A stretch of 58,117 nt of DNA, filler included, from Dimargaris cristalligena (lineage: Eukaryota): NCBI GenBank assembly GCA_003614675.1. It is 7 parts of 7 records of this genome, joined end to end, with 100 filler letters (N's around TTAATTAATTAA, not from the genome) between each part and the next. Parts side by side here need not be neighbours in the genome. Positions count along the whole stretch, not along the records: positions 8,349 to 16,581 come from ML003345.1; positions 16,682 to 24,910 come from ML003346.1; 5 more parts are not named here. The stretch is one strand, 5' to 3'. Below are positions 12,647-24,857 of the stretch, piece by piece. The notes under the pieces are model-generated. The model saw only the letters and a program-made list of their open reading frames with translations, had not been told where the DNA came from and did not search any database. Position 1 is the stretch's first letter, and every line of letters starts with the position of its first letter. Made by a program: the position numbers and the translations under genes.

Positions 12647-15600
12647 ATGGACTTCGACGAAGGTAAGCATGTAATCTAATCGAGAGTTCTCGGTGCCCTG
12701 GAGCCTCCAGTGTAGAAATAAAATGGACTGTCCCTTGCGGCAATGCCGCCGGGCATGGACGGGTGACTCACTACTATCCCCCTCCTATTTACATCCACCG
12801 CGGACTTTCAAGCAACCTCCTTTGAGAGATAGATACTAATACCTTCTCCCCTCATTCCTTCTTCATTTCCCCACTCCCTGGCCCTACCTCCAGCGGAATG
12901 CTGCCGCGTCTGCCGCGGAGAGGCTACGCCGGAGGAACCGCTCTTCCACCCCTGTAAATGCACCGGCAGTATCCGCTATGTACACCAGGACTGCTTGATC
13001 GATTGGCTATCGCATAGCAACAAGACCAAGTGCGAACTATGCCGCCACACCTTCGAATTCTCCCCCGTCTTCGACCCTAATATGCCCTCCCACGTCCCCT
13101 GGTACGTGGTCATTAAACGCCTCGCCATCCAGACCGGCCTCGAAGTCCTGTGGGCCTTCCGCATGCTCCTAGTGGCCTTTGTATGGCTCATTCTGCTTCC
13201 GTACATGACCGTTTGGATGCTGCGCTTTTACTTCTGGAGCGGCCAGACCATGGCCTACGTGGTAAGCGGCGATGTGCACCGCATTCCCGGCTTTTTGAAC
13301 TACACCCACACCCTACGGCGCGAACAAAGCATCTTTGCCAATGCCCTCAATGGTACCCTGCTTCCGTCTCTGATACTCGGCCCCATCGCCGCCGCCGATC
13401 ATCCCAGTCCGTCCCTGCGTCAATTTATCCTGGATTGCCTAGAGGGCGAGGTGGTGACCACCGTGGTGGTGCTCGTCTTCACCATCCTCTTTGTGCTCCG
13501 GGAGTGGATCCACTCCAATGCGCCCCTACCCAATCTTCAGCTTGAACCGGACGAGAATGTCCAGGCCTTTGGGCTCGAACCCATCCCTCCCGGCGTTGAC
13601 CCCCCGGCCGCATTTCCGGAGGCCGCCATCGACAACCCTGATAATGCTGGGGTAGAGGCAGAGGCTGAAATTCCAAACCAGGTCCGGTTCCAACGCAACA
13701 TCGAAGATTTGCGACGCCGTCAGCAAGATATTCGGCGGCGCCGGATGGATCTTGAACGGGAAATTGAGGAGCTGGAGCGGGGTCGATTGCGTAATCAGCG
13801 TATCATCCCGCCCAACCTTAACGAGACTGACGCTTGGTTACCTGACCCGTTCCTTCACCCCGAGTCCGGTCCCGGTCCGAATCCACATCGAAACCCCGCC
13901 GATTCCTTGAACCCCATACCACCATGGCCCTTGACTGAGGACGACCCTGGTTTGACTAATCAGCCGTATCAGTTGCGGCGCCGGAGACTACACCCTCGGG
14001 CATATTCGGCCGGCTCCATGGAAGAGGATGCACCAGGAACGTCCGCTGCCCAGGATGACGACCAGCCCACATCACCGGTAGCTAGACGGTCCGGAAAACG
14101 TCCTGACCTCCCAAGTCAATCCGAGCAATCTTCGTCCTCCGGATTGACCCCTGTTCCCTCTGCTCCCTTGGCCGCCGGCACGTCCCACTGGTCCTCTCGG
14201 CCCGATGATGCCCATGGATCAGCTGCTGCTGCTACCACCACTGCTCTGGGTGGTGGGGTCTTTGCCGTCGGCTTCGCGGCTTCTAACCCACCTTTTTCCA
14301 GCGGCGCCGCCCCCGGTTTCCCATCTACTGAATCAGGAGTAGTCGACGAGGCCCCCCCAACCGAGACCGAACCACTAATACTGGACCAAACCAGTTTCGA
14401 CGGGAGTTCGAATCCAGACTCTGATTCAGAGTCCGAGCCGGACTCGGACGACCCCGAGGCGGATGGCGTGGATCCTGCGGATGCGGCGGTCGCCGGGGGT
14501 GGCCCCAACCCGAATAACGCTGGCCCCAATAACCCCGATTTGCCCGATGACTTGGCCGACCGGGAGGGCATCGACGATATATTTGAGGCCCTCGGCGTTC
14601 GCGGTCCCATCATTAACCTATTCCAGTACTTTGTGCTAATTTTCTCCCTAATCGCCCTTGTACTGGGTGCTGCCGTCTGGATACCATTTACCCTAGGCAA
14701 ACTCCTGTTGGTACTTAACCCGCTGAAAATGCTCATGCTACCCCTCCTGGTCCTCCAACTCATCACCGACCCCGTCATTGACTTTTGCGTGGACCTGGTA
14801 TTCCCCTTCATGCTGGACGCCATCACCGCGACCGCATACGCCATATGGATGACTCTCGTGCCGTTAGCCAGCAACGTGGCCCAGATTCTGCACCCGGTAA
14901 TGCTCCTTCTACCGGGTGTTTCGGTCAGCTCTACCGGTTCTGCTACGTTGACACCCACTGGGTTACTTCCCGCCGTTATTACCAAGGCCCTTGGCCCATG
15001 GGTTGACCGGATAGCCGAGGTTGGTATCGCCGCTTGGTCCCAGTTATTCGGTATAGCGTCAATGGTACTGGTGAGTAGCAGTAGTAGTGGTGGTGGTGAT
15101 AGTGGGGACGGCGGCTCTTTATCTCCCTCGGACGCCGCCTCGACTAAGATTGCGTCCGCTTGGTTTGGTCAGGCTTCTTCGTCGCTGCCCCTAGCCGCCC
15201 GGCTTACCCAGTTTCTTAATGCAGTGACCGCCACGAATCTGACCGATACCCTTTCATCGAACACAGACTCGACGGCACTGGCGTACCGCCTAGCCTCCCG
15301 GCTCCAATGGGTTCATACCTACTGGGTGGATCTGGCCCACAGTGACACTCTAAGTAGCCGTCTTCTTACCTGCGGCCTGGGCATTATGCTTTTTCTACTA
15401 GGAACCGTTTATATCATGTACGGGGGACTTGATATGGCGGGCGAACGCAGCCGGGCCCTCAAACGGGGGACCCAAACCGTCGTCTCCATGGTCAAAGTAC
15501 TGTTTTTCCTAATCCTCGAGCTGGGGTTCGCGCCCTTTGTCTGCGGCTGGCTACTCGATATCGCCACCCTCCCGCTATTCCCCGAGGCCATCAATCTACA

Positions 15601-16581
15601 GGGCCGTATCGCCTTTGCCCGAACCTATACGTTCAGTTCCTCCTTCCTGCACTGGTTCACGGGCACCATTTTCGCCTATTTGTTTTCGTTTTCGGTGTCC
15701 GCCTTCCGGGAACTCATCCGCCCAGGTGTCCTGTGGTTCATCCGGGACCCCAGTGACCCCCAGGCCCAACCCATGCGCGATATTTTGGAAAAACCGGCCA
15801 CCAACGAAATGCGCCGGGTGGTCCATTCCCTCATTTTGTACTCCGTGGTCGTGTTGGGTGGGTTCGGATCAGTGGCCCTGGCTATTTCCTACCTTCCGCC
15901 GCTCGGCGGTGGCTCCATTCTGCCCCTCCACTGGCGCTTCGCCACCGGTCGGGCCGCCTCGCCGGTACCCTGGGACGTGATCATCCTCCACGTGGTGGTG
16001 CCCCCCTTATTCCGGCGGGTCAAGCCCCGTAAATGGTATAAATGGATTGTCGGATGGTGGGCCCGACAGGCCGCCCGGAGTCTACGACTCTCGGCGTTTT
16101 TCTTCGGGGGCCGGTTTCCCGACGAGGAAGGGTACTACATTTACCCCAGTTGGCTCGCGTGGCTGACCGGTCGGACATTTAAACTGCCCGTTCCGGAGGT
16201 TTCCCCACCGGCCTTGGGCGATGCCGCCTATCGCCCTCGGCACCCCACCCGGGCTCCCCCTGCTCAGCCCTCCCAGGTAGACGACGAATTTGAACCCAGC
16301 GTAATCGTGCTGGACGGGAGACGGCTCGAGGCGGTAGTGGAGGAGACCTTGACCGGTATAGCGCCCTCGTCCAACGCAAGGGTAGGTGACAACGGATTCC
16401 ACCGGAATACTCGGTTCGTCGACCCCCGCGGCACGGGCCTGGCTTTCCAGCGCGACGGTTCCCTACTCCGAGTGCCCAACTACGACGGTGCCCCAATTGT
16501 GCCGGGTCACCGGATGCTGGTTCGGGCCGACCGATTCGGCGTACCTTTGGACCCGGCGGAAGATTACCCCGAACAACGCCA
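12647..16581 (+). CDS. DOA10: ERAD RING-CH E3 ligase Doa10/MARCH6, 3'-truncated; exons 12647-12662 and 12894->16581
   Basis: The spliced N-terminus [55 protein letters not shown] is a RING-CH domain. Also the TD-domain motif RELIRPGVLWFIRDPSDP and many transmembrane segments. Confidence 0.95.
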
Positions 16582-16681
16582 NNNNNNNNNNNNNNNNNNN
16601 NNNNNNNNNNNNNNNNNNNNNNNNNTTAATTAATTAANNNNNNNNNNNNNNNNNNNNNNNNNNNNNNNNNNNNNNNNNNNN
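16582..16681. other. Artificial contig spacer
   Basis: N44-TTAATTAATTAA-N44. Confidence 0.98.
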
Positions 16682-16736
16682 ATTCATTTGCAATGTTTGT
16701 TTACAATAGTCAGAAAATGCATGCTTCTCTATGCCT
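16682..16736 (+). repeat. 55-bp perfect inverted repeat, left end of contig 3
   Basis: ATTCATTTGCAATGTTTGTTTACAATAGTCAGAAAATGCATGCTTCTCTATGCCT is the exact reverse complement of 24856-24910. Confidence 0.95.
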
Positions 16737-17050
16737 TGGTTGTTGAATATAAGAATCGACTTGATCATCGCGCTAGGCAGACGCTAGAAACGGCAACAAT
16801 CGAGAAACGAGGCGTGTGCGTGTGCACACATGTGGTGGATGTGGGCCGTATCAGTCTATACTACTAAGACGACGACGACGACGACGACGATGTAACACAG
16901 GCCAATGACGCCACAACACGCGCGTGCTCTTCCGCCTTTCTTAGTGTGCCACACCTTCGCCGTTGTCTCCTTCCTGCTTCACTACACTACACTTCGTACT
17001 TTGTCTCATTCTACAGTGGTCTTTATTCGTTACTATTCCGTCCAGTGGCC

Positions 17051-19636
17051 ATGGCGACACCGTCCAAGAAGCACGGGTCGTCCAAGGTCGTCGCAACCGT
17101 AGAGGAAACCACCGTTCTAACCACCGCCACCGCCACCACTACTAGCACTACTACCACCACCACAACAACAACGACCATAGCCGCCGGTAAAGATGCCAAG
17201 ACGCGCCCCGTGCTGGCAGGCACACCATCCGGCTTTCTCGCAGCTGCCGATGCGCGTGCCATGGCCGGCGTCACCCTGCTCGCCTTGCTCGTCCGCGGCT
17301 TCTACCTATCGCATCCGCATCAGGCCGTCTTCGACGAAATACCCACCGGCGACTATATCTCGCAGTATATCAAGGGCACCTTCTTCCTCGATATAGACCC
17401 GCCGTTTGGCAAGCTACTCCTGGCCGGCGTGGCCCGCCTGTTCGGCTACGATGGCCAGTTCGACTTTTCGAATATCGGCGCGACCTATCTCGGACACAGT
17501 GTGCCATTCGTCGAGCTGCGTCTCTTCTCCGTCCTACTGGGCGCATTGCTTGCGCCGATTGCCTACGCGACCATCAAGGCCGCCAACCTGTCGTCGACCG
17601 CCGCCCTACTTGCCTCGTTGATGGTGGCGTTTGGTAAGCTGCTGTTGCTTCTGTTGCTGCTATTGCTCGATGGATGGCTTACTCGTAGATGATGATGATG
17701 CTGGGCAGATCATGCCTTGATTACCGAGTCGCGCTACATCGTCCTCGATCCTATCCTTCTCTTCCTAGCTGGGGCGACCCTCATGGCCTACACGATATTT
17801 CGACGCTACGACGAGCACGCCTTCACCGGTGGCTGGTGGTCGTGGCTCGGCGTCACCGGCACGTTCCTGGCGCTGACCATTAGCACGAAGCGATCGGGCC
17901 TCTTTCTGCTGGGCACGCTTGTTACCGCCACGCTGGGCGAGTTCTACCGGCTGCTGGGCGATCGCCGTGTTGGCCTGGTAAGGAGCGCGCCTGCATCGCT
18001 GCTGCTGCTGCTGCATCCCTGACTAACCTATGCCCTTCCCTGCCTGGCCAGTGCCAATTGGGCCGACATGTGCTTGCCCGTGCCGTGGCCTATGTCGCCA
18101 TCCCCGCGCTCGTCTACCTCGCCTGCTACGAGGCGCACTTTCGGCTGCTCCACCAGCACACGCACTCCGCCCAGATGATGTCGGTGGAGTATCGCTCCAC
18201 GCTGTCCAACGGCACGACGATCACGCCGACTATGCCGCAGGAGGTGTCCTTCGGCTCCGAGGTGTCCATACAGCATGCCGACTCGCACAGCTACCTCCAC
18301 TCGCACGAGCACTACTACCCGGGCGGCAGCCATCAGCAACAGGTGACCGTCTACCAGCACGACGACATCTTCAACACCTGGCGGGTGGAGCGCTTCCAGC
18401 AGACGGAGACCCCGTACGACCAGCAGCCGCCGCTGCCCATCTACAACGGCGAGCGCATTCGTCTGCTCCACAAAATGACCAATTGCCGCCTGCACAGCCA
18501 CGAGCACAAGGCGCCCATGACGGAGAACGAGCACCACAAGGAGGTCAGGTAGGCGCGGTGTTGTTAGCAGAGCAATAGGCGCAGCAGCAATGTGCTAACG
18601 CGCGGCTGTCCACCATGCCCAGTGCCTACGGATTCCCCAACTTCCCCGGCGACAGCAACGACGACTGGATCATCGAGGTGGTCGACTACGACCGACGCGT
18701 GCCACAGGCGAAGCGGCAGATTATGGCGCTCCACACCTACTTCCGCCTGCGCCACGCCAACCTGGGCTGCTACCTGTCCTCGCACAACGCCGTGCTGCCC
18801 TCGTGGGGCTTTGGCCAGGGCGAGGTCACCTGTATCCGCGACGGCAATCCAAAGAACCTCGTGTGGCGCATTACCGCGCACCACCATCCGACCATGCCCG
18901 CCGACGCACCTGTCGCCACCGTGGCCACGCCCAGCTTCTGGTCCAAGCTGAGGGAGACGCACAAGGCAATGGCCAGCGTGAGCCGCAATCTCGCGGACAA
19001 GATCCATCCGGAGGGCTCGCGTCCATCGGCCTGGTGGCCGCTCCTGCGAAAGGGCGTCACCCTCGTCGAGTCGCCCCTCTACGCCATACGCGTTCTCGGC
19101 AATCTGCCCATATGGCTGTGCTCGTCTTTGTCGGTGCTCGTCTGGTGCCTGCTGCAGCTGGTGCTTGTTCTGCGCGATCAGCGCGGCTACAAGGACACCT
19201 GGCATGGTGAGTGACGGAAGGGGGAAGGCTGCCTACATGGCGCAAATCCACGCCATCTAACCATGGCCACATGCCGCTAGGCTATCGACTGCCGATCATG
19301 AACATGGGCGGATTGCTGGCCATCGGCTGGATCGCCCACTTTGTGCCCTACTTCACGATGGAGCGGCCGCTCTTCCTCAACGAGTATCTGCCCGGCTTCT
19401 ACTACTCGCTTCTGCTGAGCTGCGTGCTGCTCGACACTGCCTTCCGCTCCCTTAACGCGCTGTCCTCGCACCTATCTCACGCGCTTCTGACCGTGCTGGC
19501 CCTGGCCATGGTCGCGACATTCTGGCTCCTCTCGCCCTGGATCTATGGCCTGCCGGTCAGCGCATCCTACTGCGAACGCGCCCGCTTGCTCTCGTTCTGG
19601 AAGTGGGACTGTCCGGCCGCGACCGAGTCGGCCTAA
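17051..19636 (+). CDS. Dolichyl-phosphate-mannose protein O-mannosyltransferase (PMT family, divergent); exons 17051-17633, 17709-17977, 18052-18548, 18623-19206 and 19281-19636
   Basis: AVFDE, FFLDIDPPFGKLL, ESRYIVLDPILLF and MIR-domain motifs (YLHSHEHYYPGGSHQQQVT, LHSH...KEVSAYG, FRLRH...LPSWGFGQGEVTC). Four GT-AG introns each keep frame. Confidence 0.92.
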
Positions 19637-19884
19637 GAGCCCGTAGGCATGGCCATCGTACTGCGCCATGATTGTGCATGCATGCACGCATGCATGGATT
19701 GGAGGACATGCTATTCTTGCGCAATAAACATGGCTATGAGCAGTGCGATCTTTGCTATGTCCATTCAGCTTGTCGTTATTAGGCATTCTCTTACAGCAAG
19801 TGCAGCATGTCAGACTGCTAGGCAGGCTTGTTTATTCTCTTCCATTCAAATAGATGGCATACCACTGCCGCAAGCAATATCTGA

Positions 19885-21237
19885 TCATTGGCCAATGATC
19901 GTGCCATAGGCCAGCAGTTCATTGTCAGCGCAGAAGCGGTCATAGCTTGTCTCGTCTACGGTTATACAAACGTCAAATCCTGTCGGTGATCCATCCAAGG
20001 TAGGTGGCATGTCGAGTATGCAGATGACGCGCTTATGAGGATTGAAGAATCGGCGACAATAGGCCGGACGACCCTCGCCAAAGTCGACCGTGTAGTAGCC
20101 AAACTTGGACCAGTCGGTAATAAAGTAGTCGGCGAATGGCAGCCAGTTGGCGGCTCTCTCTGCTAGCAACGTCTTGCTCGTCATGTCCGCCTGCATGAGC
20201 CACTGCTCCATCGTGTGCGCCCTGCTGGCCAGGATTCCCTGCCGATGCATGGCGGCCATTCTGCCCAGAGGACGGTCGACAATGTCGCCGGCCGTGGCGG
20301 TAAGAAGCGACTGGTTGAAGCCATTGCCAAAGTAGCCTTTTGGCAGATCCGGATGCTTGTCGCGCATCGTGACGGCGGTCATGCACGTCAATGGCCGCTC
20401 CTTCGCCACCATCCTTGCTCTGATTGTGGCACGCCAGACCAACATACAAATAGCGTCCATCGTCGAGAACCAGCCGGCCTCCTTCTCTGCATCACTGAGT
20501 GATGCCATGGCATCTGCCTTCAGTGCCTGCAGCTTGTCCGTGGTAAACCGAATGATGACGCCTTTGTTCACGGATGCATTGCTGCCTGGCTGATAGTCTG
20601 GTTGATGCTGCTTCTGCTGCTGCCGGAAGAACTGTCGCTGCTCCTCCTCGCTCGGCTTTGGATCGAGGCGTAGTAGCTGGCGGCCATCAGCTGGCGGGAA
20701 GGGCAGCTTCAATTCACCGCGCACGATGGCGGCCCAGTTCTTGATGAACGACAGGCATGCATATCCGTCGGCCACATAATGGCTGCACGAGAAGCAGATG
20801 GCCACGCCCGAGTTGCTGGCAAAGCGAGTTAGCTTGATGCCGAGCAAGGGCGTGTGCTCCGAAGGCGGCTGAGTGATGGCTTGTAAATTGGGAGATATGC
20901 AGTGCTGCGGGCAGTCGGGCTCGAATGCCGCGAAATCCTCCTCGGCGGCGGTCTCGATGAATGGAACGCCCTCGGTCGATGGTCGCACCTCGTACTCGCC
21001 ATCGTCGCGAAGGGCCAGTCGGCCATAGAGCATGGGGTAGTGGTCTAGCACGGTCTTCAGCCCCGCCACCAGCCTGTCCGTAGGAAGGAAGTCGGGCTTG
21101 CCGGCATGGTTCTTGTAGAGAAAGTATCGCTGTGGATAAATTGGTCCGGGAAAGTGGTCGGCATGGCTTAGCTCGTATGTCTGATGGGCATAGCCAGCAC
21201 CAGGCATGATCCATGTCTCCTTGCTGCTCACAGCCAT
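19885..21237 (-). CDS. CoA-dependent acyltransferase, BAHD/Tri101-like transferase family
   Basis: HYVADG (HxxxD) and DFGEG (DFGxG) motifs, plus YFGN. Intronless. Likely ATG at 21237. Confidence 0.88.
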   Translation of the reverse strand: MAVSSKETWIMPGAGYAHQTYELSHADHFPGPIYPQRYFLYKNHAGKPDFLPTDRLVAGLKTVLDHYPMLYGRLALRDDGEYEVRPSTEGVPFIETAAEEDFAAFEPDCPQHCISPNLQAITQPPSEHTPLLGIKLTRFASNSGVAICFSCSHYVADGYACLSFIKNWAAIVRGELKLPFPPADGRQLLRLDPKPSEEEQRQFFRQQQKQHQPDYQPGSNASVNKGVIIRFTTDKLQALKADAMASLSDAEKEAGWFSTMDAICMLVWRATIRARMVAKERPLTCMTAVTMRDKHPDLPKGYFGNGFNQSLLTATAGDIVDRPLGRMAAMHRQGILASRAHTMEQWLMQADMTSKTLLAERAANWLPFADYFITDWSKFGYYTVDFGEGRPAYCRRFFNPHKRVICILDMPPTLDGSPTGFDVCITVDETSYDRFCADNELLAYGTIIGQ

Positions 21238-21721
21238 GTTGATACTGAATAAAGCACGGAAGAGCGAGTACAATGGGAGAAAGCAGCGTGTATTGCTGAT
21301 GATGGCAGCATACATATAATGCCGCGCTATTTAATTATGGCAATGACGCAACCATAGTTACCAGCATATGTGCTACCATGTGTCGCCGCGTCGCCGAATG
21401 TTCCATGCATGCCATGCACACGATAGAACAAGCATAGGCTGAGGCATTGTACAGGCTGTTCGTTGCACACAATGCATCGACGAATGCGGCACAGCGAATA
21501 ATGATGATGAGTGCAAAGCTGCTTTGGACGCGTTTATTTCGGATGGATCGTGTGCGATGGATGCTGGTGCAGGAGAAAGAGAGAGAGAGCGAGAGATAGG
21601 GTGAGGCAGGGAAGCATGGTATGGTACGGACATTGCAGGCTATATCGTTACATGATGAAGAGAGAGAGAGAGAGAAGGCATGAGCATAGTCGGATGGTGC
21701 ATTGATGCTGTCATTGCCATC

Positions 21722-22078
21722 CTAGTACTGGTTGTCGTCGTACTCATTCTTGGGCTTGTAGCTCTCCTTCTTGGGCTTCTTGGGCTTCTTGGGCTTGTAC
21801 TCGTCGCCATACTCGTTCTTGCTCTTCTTTGGCTGCTTGTATTCGTCCTTGTACTCGTTCTTGCTCTTCTTGGGCTTCTCGTAGTCGTGCTCCTTCGGGT
21901 ATGCATTGGCAGCCGGTGTCGATGCAGTGCCCTCTTTGCTGTTGCTGTTGCTGTTGTCGTAGCCCACTTCGGTGTTGTATTCCTGCTTGTAGGCGGCGGC
22001 AGAGGTGCCGGCGGCAGAAAGGGCCAGCAGCGCAACGGCGCACAAGGCCATGCCGAACACAGAGTGGAAGCGTACCAT
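21722..22078 (-). CDS. Small secreted Lys/Glu/Tyr-repeat protein (118 aa)
   Basis: Signal-like MVRFHSVFGMALCAVALLALSAAGTSAA, then repeats PKKSKNEYKDEYK / PKKSKNEYGDEYK / PKKPKKPKK. Confidence 0.75.
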   Translation of the reverse strand: MVRFHSVFGMALCAVALLALSAAGTSAAAYKQEYNTEVGYDNSNSNSKEGTASTPAANAYPKEHDYEKPKKSKNEYKDEYKQPKKSKNEYGDEYKPKKPKKPKKESYKPKNEYDDNQY

Positions 22079-23147
22079 GGTGGCGATTGGTAAGTGGAGC
22101 GTGAGGCGATCGTCGATGGTCGTGGTTGCTGTGGCTGTTGCGTGGATCGAGTGAGGAGCGATGAGGCGGATGTGTGTATGTGTGTTGCTGTGTGCAGGAC
22201 ATGAGCATGGCACGACTGCTTGCCGCTTATTTATACATGCCATGGCCTGCATGCATGCATCCCTGCTTGTGCCCTGACGGAGATGCTCCTACGACGTCAC
22301 AAGTAGCGCGCGTGCGAGTAGGAGTGGCGATGATGCGACTACCTCATCCTCGCTTGCCCCACACACACATGCACATTCATACATACATGCACAATCCACC
22401 ATGGCCATGAACCAGCCATCCGTAGAATGCGGCACCGTCTACCGTGCATCCACACAGCATGTCATGCTGCTTGGCGGGCCATATTCGAATGCTCGCCGTG
22501 TCTGCCATTCATCGCCATTCATTGCCGGCAAGCATGATGCATGCTCGTGCGCCGTTTCATCCATGCTGCAAACACTGCGTGGATGTCGCGGCAAGCTGGC
22601 TGCCCCGCTCACACTCGCCTCACAATGCAGCCATGTTCAAACGATGTTTGTGATGTGCCACCCACTTGCAACATGGATGCAGGCTGCATCGCGACTCACT
22701 GTCCACTTGGTTCGTGCCATCTCCTTGCGTAGCCTGACATTGTGTTGCATGCCACACTTGCACGCACGTCCATGGCCGCATTGACCATGAACATTCATGG
22801 AACAAGCAGCATCAACTGCAGCATATGTCACAGCAATACACAGCTGCTTGCACCATCTGAATTGGATTATACTGTAATGATCTAGTACATCAATGGGACA
22901 TTGCAATGCCTGCTACAATAAATAAGCCCACTGTTTATTGCACTAGTGGATGGACAGGATGCTTGTGTTGCAGCCATGCAACGTATATGGAAATGCTGGC
23001 CATCGACAAACAATGCACGCATGCACGATGTGGCTTGCTCGTATTCGATGCGCACACGGTTACACGGCACTGGCAAGGCCTGCCCTAGATGACGCGCTTC
23101 ATCTTCGGCCCTGCTCCTCCTCCTCGCACACATACACGCACGCACAC

Positions 23148-24857
23148 ATGTCGACTAGGATGCAGGATGCACCGGTCGTGGTCATACGCCGGCTGGCCAC
23201 CTACACCGACAGCGCGTCGCTCGTGAAGCTGGCCGCCACCTGCCGCTGGATGTGGTTGCAGGTGCGCGACCAGCGGGATAACTGGTGGCATCGCTTCCAC
23301 GCCGAGTATCCGCGCGAGGACGACCGGCACATGGCGTGGCTGCGCTGGTACATCCGACGCACGACGGCCACGGCCAAGATAGACGCCGGCACTGCCGCGC
23401 TCGGTCCCCGCTCGCTCGACTGGTTCCAGGCGTATCGATGGCGATGCGCCACGGAGATGCGCTGGTTCGGCGGGGGCGAGCAGTATCGGCTGATCACGGA
23501 CGCGCCACTGGCCGACGAGCATCAGCAGCAGCAGCAGTATCGTGTGCTGCAGCGGATACTCGTGGAGCGAAGCACCCTTAGCGAGTGTGCCTACCTCGAG
23601 CAGTGCCAGTCGGCCAATGACCCGCGCGAGGATCCGGTGTGGCATAGGCGGCGACTCCACTACGTCAACATGAGCCCGCATCTGGTCGAGGTGTGGCGGC
23701 TGCGCATGTCGGGCAGCTTCATCGTGGCGGCCGTCCGATCGACGCGGCGACGCCCCGCCGGCGAGGCCAACGACGCCGACATTCTCGTGTGGCCCACGCA
23801 CCAGGCACACCGCACACGGCCACATCGCGTGCCAGGCTGCTGGGGCAGCGCGTTCAGCCTGCGCGACCACTGGCTGCTAGTGTCGGGCGCGGCAGCAGCA
23901 TCGACGGGCAGCGCGCACACCACACGCATCTACAACCTGCACACGCGCAAATGGTGCAGTGGCAGCATCGAGGGCAGCAAGGTGTCGGCCTTCTTCCAGC
24001 GGACCGATCGGCGCACCGCCCTGGTGGTCCATGCGGATGTGGACAGGAAGCGGGCGACGACGACGACGACGACGACGACGAAGGGACCGGGAGGCGTGCT
24101 GCAGGTGCTCACATGGAGCGTGTGGCGATTCGACGCCCATGCCGCGCCCAAGCGAGATGCCCAGTGTCTGGCCACCGGCAGCTGCCACATGCCACGCTTC
24201 GTCAACAACGACGCGCCCATACGACGCATCGACGATAGACGCGCGCTCCTATGCGGCGTAAACACACGCGCCTCCTTTGCATCGACTGGCCGGCGAAGTA
24301 GGAGGAACAACAATGCCACTGCCACTGCCAATGAGGATGATGGCAATGGCAATGGCAATGGCAATGGTGAGGATGCTATGGCACCGATCACCGTTGGTGT
24401 GCTGCACAATGCTGGCATCGATGATCCGTTTACAAGGACCGCGGCCATGATGCCGACATGGTCGCAGCTGATAGAGGCGAAAGAATTTGTGCCATTGATT
24501 GTACCGCAGCAATTGCTGGTGCTGCACCCGCAAGCATGGTCCATTCTCGACCTGAATACGGGAGCATTACTGCGCAGGATCGAGACGCAGGCACTCGATG
24601 AACAGCTCTCCCGCTTCCATTGGAATGGCATAGCACGCCAGCAACTTGACGCGGGTGCGTTGGCAGATGCCTGTGTGGTCACTACCAACAAGAAGGGCAA
24701 TCTGCTCGTGGTGGATCTAGTGCGCACAGATCGCGCTCGTGTACTGGACATGCCCGAATCATCGGCATCTTATGGCACACCTGTACTGCATGGCGGATCG
24801 GCAAATGCATTGGTGGTGGAAGTGGGCGACAAGTATGTCATTGTCGATGCTGCATAG
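23148..24857 (+). CDS. F-box-like protein with a beta-rich C-terminal region
   Basis: The N-terminus MQDAPVVVIRRLATYTDSASLVKLAATCRWMW...W..RF resembles an F-box. Long intronless ORF. Confidence 0.6.
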   Translation: MSTRMQDAPVVVIRRLATYTDSASLVKLAATCRWMWLQVRDQRDNWWHRFHAEYPREDDRHMAWLRWYIRRTTATAKIDAGTAALGPRSLDWFQAYRWRCATEMRWFGGGEQYRLITDAPLADEHQQQQQYRVLQRILVERSTLSECAYLEQCQSANDPREDPVWHRRRLHYVNMSPHLVEVWRLRMSGSFIVAAVRSTRRRPAGEANDADILVWPTHQAHRTRPHRVPGCWGSAFSLRDHWLLVSGAAAASTGSAHTTRIYNLHTRKWCSGSIEGSKVSAFFQRTDRRTALVVHADVDRKRATTTTTTTTKGPGGVLQVLTWSVWRFDAHAAPKRDAQCLATGSCHMPRFVNNDAPIRRIDDRRALLCGVNTRASFASTGRRSRRNNNATATANEDDGNGNGNGNGEDAMAPITVGVLHNAGIDDPFTRTAAMMPTWSQLIEAKEFVPLIVPQQLLVLHPQAWSILDLNTGALLRRIETQALDEQLSRFHWNGIARQQLDAGALADACVVTTNKKGNLLVVDLVRTDRARVLDMPESSASYGTPVLHGGSANALVVEVGDKYVIVDAA

